A stretch of DNA of 33,000 nt from Octopus sinensis (Eukaryota): contig NC_043002.1 of assembly GCF_006345805.1 (NCBI RefSeq), positions 118,575,001 to 118,608,000 of the forward strand, given 5' to 3'. Position numbers and translations under genes: made by a program. Below the pieces are notes generated by a model, which was not told the DNA's origin, did no database searches, and worked only from the letters and a program-made list of their open reading frames with translations. This document shows positions 1 through 11,125 of this stretch, one piece after another; the stretch's first letter is position 1; every line of letters starts with the position of its first letter.

Positions 1-309
1 CTGTGTGAACATGTTCATATCATTGATGAGATTGAGTCATAGGCAAAGGGAACCAAGACGGCAATTTAAGAGAGAGGGAGAGAGAGAGAGGTGGGGGTGG
101 GGGAGAGGGAGAGGGAAAGAGAGAAGTTTTAAAATAGACATTATTATATTAAATTAATTTTTTTTTAGCTCGCTTTTACTGTTCGTAAAAAGGTTTGCTG
201 ATCAGATATGCGCGTGGCTCTTTCATGCAAATTTAAACTTCTTTGCCAGTCCAATTTATATATGGCTATATGAACACGCTCGTAGAGAGGCAGAGAAAAA
301 AGAGTAAGA

Positions 310-344
<35 letters not shown>

Positions 345-1100
345 GGAGGGATAAAAGAGAGATAATGTAATGATATCGATGAAGGTTTTAAAATAGAAAC
401 ATTATTCAGTTACGTTTTAACCATTCGTAAAAGTGTTTGTTGTCATATGCGCCTGGCTATCTGATGCAATATTAAACTCAGAGATATTTGCCACTCGAAT
501 TTTTATATCAATAATATAGTGTGAACGTGCGTATCAATGATGAGATTGATTCATGGACGGAGCGAAGTGTAGGATATTAGAGAGATAGGTGTTTTAAAAT
601 AGGAATATTAATATAGATGCTTTTTTAGCTCCTTACTTTCTACCATTCGTAACGGTTTGCTGATCAGATATGCGTGTGCGATTTCAAGCGACTTCAAACT
701 TAGAGGTTTACCAAGAGGATTTATTATATGGTTGTTTATAAATGCATCAGTCAGAGAGGGATACGAGAGGGGGAGGAGAGAGAGGAAGAGAGAGAGAGAA
801 GGAAGGAGCGAGAGGTGGTATGTGTAAAAGGAGAAACATATAAGAATTGATTTTTTTTTTAACCAGAAATGTTAAATTAAATTAAAAATTTGTAACTTGC
901 TTAGACCGTTAGCAAAAAAGAGATATTAAAATAGAAGTGTTATTGAATTAAATTAAAATGCTTAGCATGATTTAAGTGAAGGGGTTCGCTTGTCAGATAT
1001 GTACGTAGTTATCCCTTGCAAATTGAAATTTAAAGATATTTTCAGTGTAACACATATATATGTTGGTGTCAACATACTCTTATCAGATGTAAGATATTTA
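1..1100. repeat. Diverged tandem repeat, units ~200-260 bp, interleaved with GA-rich tracts
   Basis: Recurring motifs: TTTTAAAATAG..ATT at ~127, ~386, ~593 and TAAAATAG at ~928; (C)ATTCGTAAAA..GTTTGCTGATCAGATATGCG variants at ~181, ~421, ~643, ~980; ATGA(T)GAGATTGA(G/T)TCAT at ~24 and ~537. Confidence 0.6.
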
Positions 1101-1152
1101 CACGTATATGGTTATATATATGATATATATATATATATGTATAATATTCACA

Positions 1153-1196
<44 letters not shown>

Positions 1197-1389
1197 TCAT
1201 TCACACACGTATAACAGGACTCTAACAAGCAAAACCAACAATGACAATAGAATTTATCAATATGACTTTTGGAGAATAGCAAATCTAAATGGATTAGGAA
1301 AAATTATAAATAAACGTTTGCAGGGAATGTGTGTCAAAGTGCGAAGTGCTGAACCCAAAGATATATGTCAACCAGCACATAATCTAGAG

Positions 1390-1556
1390 CAGTGCTCCGC
1401 AACCTTTTCCCACTTGCGGGAAATTCGGCGGCACACATCAACTAAAAATACAACTAAAAGTATAGGGAAAAAATTATATTCAGGTTACACTGTGGCACAC
1501 CTAGCAACGTCTCGTGGCACACCAGTGTGCCGCAACATACCGGTTGCGGAGCACTG
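1390..1556. mobile_element. hAT (Charlie-type) MITE, 167 bp
   Basis: Perfect 15 bp TIRs CAGTGCTCCGCAACC / GGTTGCGGAGCACTG. Exact 8 bp TSD ATCTAGAG (1382-1389, 1557-1564) fits the NTCTAGAN Charlie target. Repeated subterminal G(T/C)GGCACAC motifs. Confidence 0.92.
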
Positions 1557-1880
1557 ATCTAGAGCGAAGTTGAAGGAGCTACGAAATAGTGTGTGAATGT
1601 TTGTATCGTGGGGTTATTAATAAGTTTAAAATTTCGTTTAGTTGTAGGTAATTCTTAATTCATACCAGTTTATGCAATTAAATGTGAAAAGAAGGTGGGT
1701 AGAAGGAATGAGTTTGGAGCGAAGAGGGGAGCCTAAAATAAAAATAAAAATTATACTGATATGAATTGATTTGAGCAGATCGATCTGTGGTAAAAAGGAA
1801 AGGTTTTATAAAATGTGGCGGCGGCACGAGATTGTTATGTCACTTAATTACTTTAATAGAAGATTATTTTCATTTGTGAA

Positions 1881-2172
1881 GATGTGTGGCTCAGTGGTTA
1901 GGGGCATTAGGCTCACGATCGTCAGTTCGAATCACGGCGGCGCCTTGTGTCCTTGAGCAAGACACTTTATTACACGTTGCCCCAGTCCATTCAGCTGGCA
2001 AAAATTGAGTTGTATTTGTAGCTCAAAAGGCGGCATTGTCACATTCTGCGTTACGCTGAATCTCCCTGAAGGGTACGAGTGGAGCGCTCAGCCACTTGCA
2101 CGTTAATTCCACGAATAGGCTGTTTTGTTGATCGGATCAACTGGAACCCTTGTCATCGTAACCGACAAAGTA
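1881..2172 (+). mobile_element. tRNA-derived SINE, family C
   Basis: A box TGGCTCAGTGG, B-box-like GTTCGAATC and CORE-like CCTTGAGCAAGACACTT. Aligns along its length with the inverted copy at 14996-15325. Confidence 0.78.
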
Positions 2173-2202
2173 GCATTAGTTTCAGTTGATATTTCAAGCG
2201 AT

Positions 2203-2384
2203 ATAAAAGCAGCGAACTGACAAACATTAGCACGTTATGAGTTCAAAATGCTTGCGAGGTCTCGACGTTGCCTTTCATCTATTCGGGGTCGATAAAATAA
2301 GTATACCTGTTGAGCACTGGGGTCGATATAATAGATTTCTCCACTTCCTCGAACTTGCTGGCCGTGTACCAAAATTTGAAACCA
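2203..2384 (+). mobile_element. SINE family B, partly deleted copy
   Basis: Homologous to 2728-2933, 15810-16002 and 24250-24497. Flanked by an exact 14 bp TSD ATATTTCAAGCGAT (2189-2202, 2385-2398). Confidence 0.82.
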
Positions 2385-2727
2385 ATATTTCAAGCGATTT
2401 TCTACAGTTGCATGTTATCCTACTTCCTTGGTAATGTTTACCAGGAAGTATCGTATAAAATGTTTTGAGTTTTAACGTGGTGAATATAAGTTGCCAGCGA
2501 AATTGAAGTTTTGTGCTTAATGTTCGAAAAAGAGCTGATCTGTGCCAGATACTGGTACCTGGAACTGACTGAAGACCTGATGTATACTTTGGTAAAATTG
2601 TAGTGGAACACTTTTAGGTAACGTTATAGCGCAACAACAACCATTTGAGCATTTAGTGGAGACTCTACATTTCTTCTTACCTTAGGGGTAGTGTAGGATT
2701 TCTATCGTTATTATTATTTTTACTAAT

Positions 2728-2950
2728 GCAGCGAACTGGCAGAATCGTTAGTATGCCGGGTTTAGCGGCATTTCGTCCGTCTTTACGTTCTGGGTTCAAA
2801 TTCCTCCGAGGTCGACTTTACATTTCATCCTTTCGGGTCAATAAATTAAGTACCAGTGAAACACTGGGGTCGATGTAATCGACTAGTCCCCTCTCCACCC
2901 AGATTTCAGGCTTTGTGCCTTTAGTAGAAAGAATTATTATTATTATTATA

Positions 2951-2981
<31 letters not shown>

Positions 2982-2998
2982 TATTATTATTATTATTA
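2728..2998 (+). mobile_element. SINE family B with (ATT)n tail
   Basis: Head GCAGCGAACTGGCAGAATCGTTAG, B-box-like GGTTCAAATTCC, GGGGTCGATGTAATCGACT motif; (ATT)n tail at 2934-2998. Confidence 0.82.
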
Positions 2999-2999
2999 T

Positions 3000-3410
3000 G
3001 TTTACTCTTTTACTCTTTTTACTTTTTTCAGTCATTTGACTGCGGCCATGCCGGAGCACCGCCTTTAGTCGAGCAAATCGACCCCAGGACTTATTCTTTG
3101 TAAGCTTAGTACTTATTGTATCGGTCTCTTTTGCCGAACCGCTAAGTTACGGAGATGTAAATACACCAGCATCGGTTGTTAAGGGTGGGGGGACAAACAC
3201 AGACATACAAACTTATACACACACATGCATACATATATACATATATACGACGGGCTTCTTTCAGTTTCCGTCTACCAAATCCACTCACAAGGCTTTGGTC
3301 GGCCCGAGACTATAGTAGAAGACACTTGCCTAAAGTGCCACGCAGTGGGACTGTACCTGGAACCATGTGGTTGGTAAGCAAGCTACTTACCACACAGCCA
3401 CTCCTACGCC
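3000..3410 (-). mobile_element. SINE family A (octopus OR-type tRNA/CORE-like SINE), full length
   Basis: Reverse complement of GGCG(T/C)AGGAGTGGCTGTGTGGTAAG...(TA/TG)n...GACTGAAA..GAGTAAAA tail. High identity to the copies at 22316, 23290, 26529 and 32526. The OR-type name is from recall of the octopus OK/OR1/OR2 families and needs a SINEBase/Repbase check. Confidence 0.9.
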
Positions 3411-3425
3411 TATAAATTATTATTA

Positions 3426-3473
<48 letters not shown>

Positions 3474-3493
3474 GTTATTATTATTATTATTAT

Positions 3494-4200
3494 TTAACTC
3501 TTGATTTGTTGGAACTCCCGAAGTCTTGCATGAGTAGCGGGTTTACTACATGCCGCCTATCATGTTATCTGTTCTCTTCGTCTAGGCACAGGAGTGGCTG
3601 TGTGGTCCCATGGCAACAGTCAAATGACTGAAACAAGTAAAAGAGTAAAAAAAGAGTATCTAATACTTTCCTGATGATTCTGACCGTGCTAAGGTGACAA
3701 ACTTTTTGCAACACTTCTACTGAGAAACTCTAGTCCTATTTCCTCCATATTCCTCTTAACACCTCCTGATACTCTCCCCAAGGACCCAACAATAATTGGC
3801 AGCATCTTAACCCATTTCGTTTTTCACAGACGAGCTATTTCGTATGTAAGAGGGTTGTATACGGCTATTTTTTCATCTTCCTCTTTAAATATTCGTGGGT
3901 CAAAGGCGCACGCAACATCAATTATAGAGCACATGTGGCTCACCTTGTCCACCACCACCAGGTCCGGCTTGTGTCCTCAAGCACCTGATCTGTTTGGATT
4001 AGGAAATTTCACCAATCGACAAACAATAAAGAAGTGGTAGTGAACCAGTGCGTGTGCTACTGTTATTTGCATAATGACTTTCCCGTGACACAACAACAAC
4101 AACAACACTCCACAATTCTCTGTGGTTTATGTTCGTACCACATTTTGCCCCTCTCTGACCCACTTTTCACAATTTTAAATGCAGCATTTTCGCTATAAAT
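3494..4200 (-). mobile_element. R4-clade non-LTR retrotransposon 3' remnant (REL endonuclease), old and frameshifted
   Basis: Minus-strand pieces: KMWYEHKPQRIVE; NFLIQTDQVLE; HKPDLVVVDKVSHMCSIIDVACAFDPRIFKEEDEKIAVYNPLTYEIARL (PD...D...K REL motif); LPIIVGSLG; VLQKVCHLSTVRIIRKVLDT. The 3' UTR runs into (TAA)n at 3418-3493. Interrupted by a mini-SINE and a ~70 bp insert. Confidence 0.82.
3585..3656 (+). mobile_element. Internally deleted family A SINE (72 bp)
   Basis: First ~22 nt (GGCACAGGAGTGGCTGTGTGGT) joined directly to the last ~50 nt (CATGGCAACAGTCAAATGACTGAAACAAGTAAAAGAG). Confidence 0.85.
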
Positions 4201-4238
4201 CATCATCATCATCATCATCATCGTCGTCGTCGTCGTCG

Positions 4239-4302
<64 letters not shown>
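4200..4302. repeat. Compound trinucleotide microsatellite (CAT)n(CGT)n(ATT)n
   Basis: Directly visible. Confidence 0.95.
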
Positions 4303-4305
<3 letters not shown>

Positions 4306-5099
4306 TCTACTTTGGTTTAGGTTCTATTAAGGTGATAGTTTTTACTAATTTTCATATAGTATCATTCTTGTTATTATTGTTATTGGTTTTATCAATGTTT
4401 TGATACGCTGAGGCCAAATGTGTGATGTTGTTACTTGGCTTGTTGAAGAGAAAGACGAAAAGAGAGACAGAAGCGATTAAGCAGTGAGAGAGAGGAAAAG
4501 AGAGAGGGAGAAAGGAGAGGGAGAGGGGAAAGAAAGAGGAAGAGAGAGTGACAAAAAGAAAGATTATGGAGTGACTGTTTACTGAAAGAAGCGCGCTGAT
4601 TAGAAAATGGTTCGATAAATTAAAGGGAAATAATCTTTGTCCTAGTTCAAAGGCTATGGCCACGCTGTAGCATTGCTATTATTCAGTTTGTTCTTTTCTC
4701 TTCTTTTAGGTGCTTATCGGTATAGTCAGAGTAGACAGATACATACATTGATATAAGAGAAAAGTAGAAATGACGGATAGATAAACATGAAGGTTAAGTA
4801 GAAAGGTTGGAATGTAGACATGTAGGTCTGCAAATATATCAATAGATATACATATAGATAAATAGAGACATTAATAGCTATGATATATATACAAATGGAT
4901 AGCTAGTTGAACTGAATGAAAACAAATGAAAATAATTTTGATTGACATAGAACTTGGACTGAGCCTTCTTACTGATATGTATAGTGGTGCTGCTGACGTC
5001 AGTAGCAATATTGGTTAATGGTGGCGGTGGCGACTGGTCAGCTAAACGTCTAGTTTTTTTCATGTTTTTTAAAATATTTTTTTTACCGCCATCACTTAA

Positions 5100-5588
5100 C
5101 CCATTGCCAGCCATGAGCCCTATTTGGGGATCTGCTAAAAACAGTCTCACTGCCGGCTGTTTACTGAATTTAAAGCGAATTGTTTATGTACATTATATTT
5201 GCAGAGTTTAACAATATTTAATAGTTAAAGTTTGTCCGTATTGGCTCTGGCTAATTCTAGAGGACATTTTATGTTATAAATCGCAACTTTTGAACTACAA
5301 AAATATTGACAGTTTTGAAAACGTTTTTTTTTTTGCATTTCATACACGTTTGCATTTGATAGTTTCAAAAAAAAAAAAAAAGACTAAAATGCTTATTATT
5401 GCAATTGAATAGAAAAAAGTAAATAAGCATTTTTTCAGCGATCCCTATTTAGGACTTTTCAAAAAATTAATCATAATTTCCAAAATAATTCACATATGAA
5501 GAAAATGTAAATACTATATACTATTTTAACTCCTAAGACACCTGGTAAAGCCAAAAAATATGAATAAAAAAATTTGGCAGGTAATGGC
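5100..5588. mobile_element. piggyBac-like MITE, diverged
   Basis: TTAA|CCCATTGCCAGCCA at the left end and TGGCAGGTAATGGC|TTGA at the right (14/18 inverted match including the TTAA-like TSD). AT-rich non-coding interior. Confidence 0.5.
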
Positions 5589-6084
5589 TTGATGCATGCA
5601 CTTTATTATCGTCTGCTCAATCGAAACTTATGATTGTTTATAAATTATGGACAGTCAGCTAACAAGAATGCGAAGGTTTAGGATAAAGCACTTTCATAAT
5701 TTCTTTTTCAGATTACCGTATCAAAATTTGTTGAAACTTTACCGCCGTAGAGTAGCAGAATACTATAGATGATTATAGATAATAGCTCCGATTTTGTTCT
5801 ATAGTTTAGATTGTTTACTTCTTGACGTAAAGTGTAAAATAACAGATAACAACTCACAAAAAGCAAGAATACAACTCTCAGAGACTTTCTATTTTGAGAC
5901 GACCCCTTCAATACTACCTATATGGAGTTTTATACCAACTCAAGAATAAAATGCCTTCAGAGAAATATACACTTCCGTCATAAAATTTTCGGAAAAACCT
6001 TGGAATTTGCGCAGGTACCGCTAGTTATTGTAATTGTTGTTGCTGTTGTTATTAATATAACTGTATATAATATTTCCTTCCACA

Positions 6085-6397
6085 CAGGGCCGGCGGTAGG
6101 ATGTACGGGGCCCAATTAGAGAAATGTCAGTGGGGACCTCTACTCTACAAAAGGTGAAGATTGATGTTTTATGCTTCGTATAGTACACCAGTCCCAGTCA
6201 AAAGCGTTGAGGGCTTGAGGCTCCACCAATAGCCGCAGTGATATACTAAAATCACCATTCGCCACAATGATACACTAAAAACTGAAAGTTCATATGAAAG
6301 TGTTGCTTTCTTACAAGTCGAGCGTATGTGCAGGGCCCTCACTTGGCACGGGGTTCAATTTGAAGAAATTTATCTAATTGGCTTAAAACAGCCCCTG
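6085..6397. mobile_element. hAT-like MITE, diverged
   Basis: CAGGGCCGG...CAGCCCCTG termini; inverted subterminal CCAATTAGA(G/T)AAAT; degenerate 8 bp TSD CTTCCACA / CTTCCTAC. Confidence 0.5.
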
Positions 6398-7431
6398 CTT
6401 CCTACTAACATTCCTGTTAGTACTAACATTCTTGGTAGTAATCCTCCCTCATATGTGTTACATCTATCGGCACCCTTCTTAATCAACAGACATTGATCTC
6501 AGACGAGGTCGTTAACAGGCGACCGCGCTTTCTCTAAATGCAGTAAAGGATCTTCTCTTCTTAGCATTCCCTTCTTTGTTATGATTTCACTTTCACATCT
6601 ACCACCCCACCCTCTTTCATTACTTGGATCTATAACCCTTCCTTGCAGTAGATCAGGTTTCTTAGAATGATCGACTATCTCTAATTTTTTAATCTTTTTT
6701 TCCCCATTTTCTTTTTCTTCCCTAATCATACATTATATTTCTTTACACATTAATCGTTATCTTTCCTTCTCCTACACTCTCATAACCCTTCCTTCCTTAT
6801 CTCCTCCCTTTTAAACTAGGTTTCTACATCCTTAACCTCATCCTCTACTTTATGTCTTTCTTACTAGTTGATTTATTTACTTCTCATCATTTCGCATTCT
6901 CTCTTTCTTCTCCACCTCGTCTTCGACAATAACCTATTTTCTTTCTTTATATCACTCATTCTTTATCTGATTTTTCGATGTCACTAATTATTCCTGGAAC
7001 ATTTCCCTTCCTTCGCATTTGGTATTTGCTCTTCTGACGATGATGTATTATTTATGGACGCACAAGATACTTATGTATCCTGGTTTATGTGTACTGATAT
7101 AAATCTTCTTATATGCTTTTGTTACTCCTAATTGCATAACATGCTTCATAATATCGAGTATTTACAAGATGCATTGAAATAACTGTAAATGTATCACTTT
7201 ATTTTGTAATATTATGTAACAACTTAAGTAAATATGTTCGTACACCTATGATTGTTTATCCCTCTTTTTTGGCATTCACACGAATCTTTTTCTTTCTTGT
7301 AGCCTACTCACCTGCTTCTGGGGTAACTACTCTAATTAGAAGTTAGATTTTGAAAATTAGAACTGTCCCAGCACTAACTTGACGCCTATCTGTCCTTGGG
7401 TAGGCATATTCATGCCCATTGTGTGTGTTTA

Positions 7432-7598
7432 TACATACATACATACATACATACATACTACATACATACATACATACATACATACATACATACATACATA
7501 CATACATGCATACATACACACACATACATACATACATACATACATACACACATACATACATACATACATACATACATACATACATACATACATACATA
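7432..7598. repeat. (TACA)n tetranucleotide microsatellite
   Basis: Directly visible. Source of the spurious ORFs at 7343-7646. Confidence 0.97.
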
Positions 7599-8820
7599 CA
7601 GGAGTTGGACAAAAGAATGGAAACACTTAGCATCATAGCATCATAATTTTGAAATATCTATAAAACAGTCAAAAGCTTGTTTATTTTTATGTTTTTTGAT
7701 TTATCATTAGTGTTGCTTAATGTTTTGCTAAAATTGTTGTTTCTATTCAGATATCATCAGAAAAAGGTAATTAAAATTCATTAAAATTACAGATCTATTG
7801 GACTTTCAAAAATTGATCCCTTGTTGCTCGTATGGCAGGTGCTACCATAATGAAAACAGCCGAAATGTTTGATGTATCAAGAGGTACTATCTTGAAAGTA
7901 ATGACAGCCTTTGAGAAAGAGAGAAAAACCTCTTCGTCGAAACAAAACTCCGGAAGAAAACCGAAACTTTCAGGTAGGGACCGTCGGATTCTTACGCAAA
8001 TTATTAGAAAGAATCACATAAATATAGCTCCCAAAATTACTGCAGAGCTTAATGACCATTTAGAGAACCCAGTTTCCACAAAAACCGTTCGCCGGGAGCT
8101 GCACAAAGCCGGATTTCGCGGGAGGGTTGCAATCAGAAAACCACTACTTTCGAAAACAAACGTTGCAAAGCGTTAAGAGTGGAGTAAAAACCTACAGAAT
8201 TAGTCCCTAGAGCAGTTGAAGAATATTATTTTCTCAGACGAGTCATTCTTTACCTTATTTCCTACCACCGGCCGAGTATACGCGTGGAAACAACCAAAAG
8301 AAGTATTTGACAAGGACTGCTTTCTTCCAACTGTTAAACATGGAGGAGGATCAGTGATGATCTGAGTGGGGTGCTATATCTTGGAAATCCGCCGGAACCA
8401 ATGGTTTCCCTTCATGGCAGAATTAATAATTAAGACTATTTAAGCATTTTATCTGATCAGATTCATTCTATGGTTGCGGAACTGTTTCGGAGGGAAACGC
8501 AATCTTTTAGGATGATAATGCACCAATTCACACAGCTAAAGTTGTTAGTGAATGGCACAAGGAATATTCTAGTGAAGTGGAACATCTTATCTGGCCACTA
8601 CAGTCCCCCGATCTCAATATTATTGGACATTTATGGTGCGTTTTAGGAAAACAAGTAAGGAGTCAATATCCTCCACCATCATCACTACAAGAACTGGAGA
8701 CTGTTTTAGCTGAAGAATGGACAAAAATTCCTTTGGAAACAATTCAAACTTTGCACGAGTCTATACCTCGTAGAATTTGAACTGTAATTACTGCCAAAGG
8801 CGGCCCCGCCCCATATTAAA
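7599..8820 (+). mobile_element. Tc1-family transposon with transposase pseudogene, 3'-truncated
   Basis: TA|CAGGAGTTGGACAAAAG left end. Translation gives HTH/NLS region (SGRKPKLS..., RKPLLSK), FSDES, TVKHGGGSVM, DDNAPIH, WPLQSPDLNIIGHLW (catalytic E mutated to G) and AKGGPAPY* at 8817-8819. Multiple stops and frameshifts; no right TIR found. Confidence 0.93.
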
Positions 8821-9008
8821 ATAGGCAAGTAGAGTAAAGAGAGGTATATCAACGAGATAGATGACTGAACACTGTGTCATGTCGAAACTCCCCGTCTATG
8901 AGTTCAACTTGTCTCCCATCACTAAGCTTCCTATCAGATCACACTACGTTTTCACAAAAATTTTTCATCCCACATCCTATCAACTCTGGTGTGTCCGCCA
9001 CTCTTTAA

Positions 9009-9242
9009 TTAGGTTGGTACATAATTATTGCGGCTTTTTTCAACAAATTTTATTCAACAAAAACAATAACAATATTGAATAAAAACATCTTTAGATGACG
9101 GTCAAGCAAATGGGAAGCAGTAATTGAAGTAGACGGTGACTATGCTCCGGAATAATCATTTAAAGATGTTTTTGTTACATGTTATTGTTTTTGTTGGATA
9201 AAATTTGCTGAAAAAAGCCGCAAAAATTATGCGCCAACCCAA
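9009..9242. mobile_element. Mariner-derived MITE with ~90 bp inverted arms
   Basis: TTAGGTTGGTACATAATTATTGCGGCTTTTTTCAACAAATTTT... versus ...AAAATTTGCTGAAAAAAGCCGCAAAAATTATGCGCCAACCCAA|TA. The centre encodes KWEAVIEVDGDYAPE*, resembling a mariner transposase C-terminus. Confidence 0.88.
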
Positions 9243-9374
9243 TACTTGTATAGGTCAGTGACCCATTTGCCGTCAGGTCCAACAACGTTCACTCTTAATG
9301 GGAAATTTAAGGAGGAATGAAGATTAATATCCAAATAATACAAACCTTAATTTCTTCTTAATCTTCCCCAACTA

Positions 9375-9925
9375 TACATCACATATGCACTCTCTAGATA
9401 GCACATGCTACACCTGTTCTGATTCTATGTACAGAGATCTCAAAACCATTCTTCAGTCTGGACATCCAAATTTTGACTCTTTCAACAGTACAATAATGCA
9501 ATGACTACTCATTTCAGGAAAATACCTTCGCAACACAAACTTATTAAACAAAAGCAGCGCCAAACTAGAGCCCTCACGATCACTACAAATGTTAGATCTC
9601 ACTATTAATGAGGATCTTTCTCGGCAGAAGAACATCCTCGGTGTACCAAGGATTGTAATGGCATTTGTTCCTAGGAGTTGTCTAGCCTGCGTTACACCCA
9701 CTCAGGCACCCTAGACTACTTTCTCCTCTTGTCGATTCTCATCAGTTCCCATACTAACCACTTCGCTCAAGCTATCCCTTTCTGGAACTTCTTTCCTGCT
9801 TATCGCCATGCTGTAGGTGTCGACTTGGAACAGTTTAAGAGGAACATTAATAACATCAGTCTCATTAATCGCGAATGTTATGTACATTGCTCATTCGGTC
9901 AGATTCTACAAGTAAAAAAAAAATG
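9375..9925 (+). mobile_element. CR1/L2-clade LINE 3' fragment (RT C-terminus), decayed
   Basis: Pieces DLKTILQSGHPNFDSFNS, SLQMLDLTINEDLSRQKNIL and NHFAQAIPFWNFFP...DLEQFKRNIN resemble post-YADD and C-terminal CR1/L2 motifs. A-rich tail near 9915. Confidence 0.62.
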
Positions 9926-10174
9926 AATAAATAAAAAGGATAGAAATAAAATTATATCAAATGAAAAATTCCGAGCTTGTGTCTAGCATTTGTAATAGTT
10001 TTTGTTACTGAGATGTTTACTAACTCAATTTGTAGCAGATCCTTTTTTGGAATTGAATCTACACCATCTCTGCTAGGATTTAAATTTGCAGTTTAATCAG
10101 TATTATAATATTTGATAATTTTATAACAGCAAGTATCAAACCGCATACGCGGATAACCAGCACACCTACATCTT

Positions 10175-10560
10175 GTAGAGGCTGTAAAAGAACGTCAGTG
10201 GCCATAAAAAGAAATGCTTTTGTTAGTTTTTCGAAAATCATTCTTTTTCTAGACATTTAGGCTGAAACTATAGTCAAAGTATTGCTTTATGACTGGCTTT
10301 CGCATTTTGGAATGACTGCAGTCATAACTGTTGATAGAGGTCGGCAATATAAATCTAGTCTTTTCATTGAAATCACTCATTTGCTTGGCATTAAGAGAAC
10401 TCATACAGCAGTCTATCACCCTGCCTCAAATGGAATGGTCGAATATTTTTATCTTCAAATTAAAACAGCTTAAAATCATATGGTAACTCAAAGTGGTGGT
10501 TAGAGTATCTACTTTTAATAATACTCAGTATCAGATTGTGGTTAAAACTTATCTTATTTT
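10175..10560 (+). mobile_element. Gypsy/Ty3 integrase fragment (pseudogene)
   Basis: DI*AETIVKVLLYDWLSHFGMTAVITVDRGRQYKSSLF...LGIKRTHTAVYHPASNGMVEYFYLQIKTA matches the rve core (TDRGxQF, YHPxxNGxVE). A possible CxxC (SCRGCKR) lies just upstream. Confidence 0.88.
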
Positions 10561-10635
10561 TACATTGGCAGAAATACTTACAGATGATGGTTGGAGGTAC
10601 CAACATGCTTAACGATGAGTTTAATTATGAGTTTA

Positions 10636-10651
10636 ATTATGTATGTATATA

Positions 10652-10743
<92 letters not shown>

Positions 10744-10817
10744 GTACACATATATATATGTATACTCACCTGTATATATATATTTATATATATATATATA
10801 TATTTATATATACACAT

Positions 10818-10850
<33 letters not shown>

Positions 10851-10876
10851 CACAAATATACACACATACACACACG
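10636..10876. repeat. Compound (CA)n/(TA)n microsatellite
   Basis: Directly visible. Source of the spurious ORFs at 10536-10918. Confidence 0.95.
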
Positions 10877-10920
10877 AGTAACCACATAAATAGTACTCGA
10901 ATACTGAAGGCAGAGTAATA

Positions 10921-11125
10921 TGCTTTTTTAAAAATTAAAGCTACAAAAACACCACAAGAAAACTACTGCTACTCAGAGTTTCCTGTTCCTGTTCGTCGGG
11001 CAGTTGTGATCAAGAATGGAATAAAATCTTAATGCCATTCTTGATCACAACTGCCCGACGAACGGGAACGTGAAACTCTGAGTAGCAGCTTTTGGTGATG
11101 TTTTTTTAGCTTCAATAAAAAAGTA
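10921..11125. repeat. Fold-back inverted repeat (54 bp near-perfect core, 15 nt loop)
   Basis: 10966-11019 pairs with 11035-11088 with 3 differences. Weaker pairing extends to ~10921 and ~11125. Confidence 0.93.

Noticed and set aside
7725-7760. Hammerhead-like CTGATGA-TAT-CTGA-ATA-GAAAC on the minus strand inside the Tc1
   Set aside because: Stem II is only 3 A-U pairs, and no stem I/III or NUH cleavage site can be formed.
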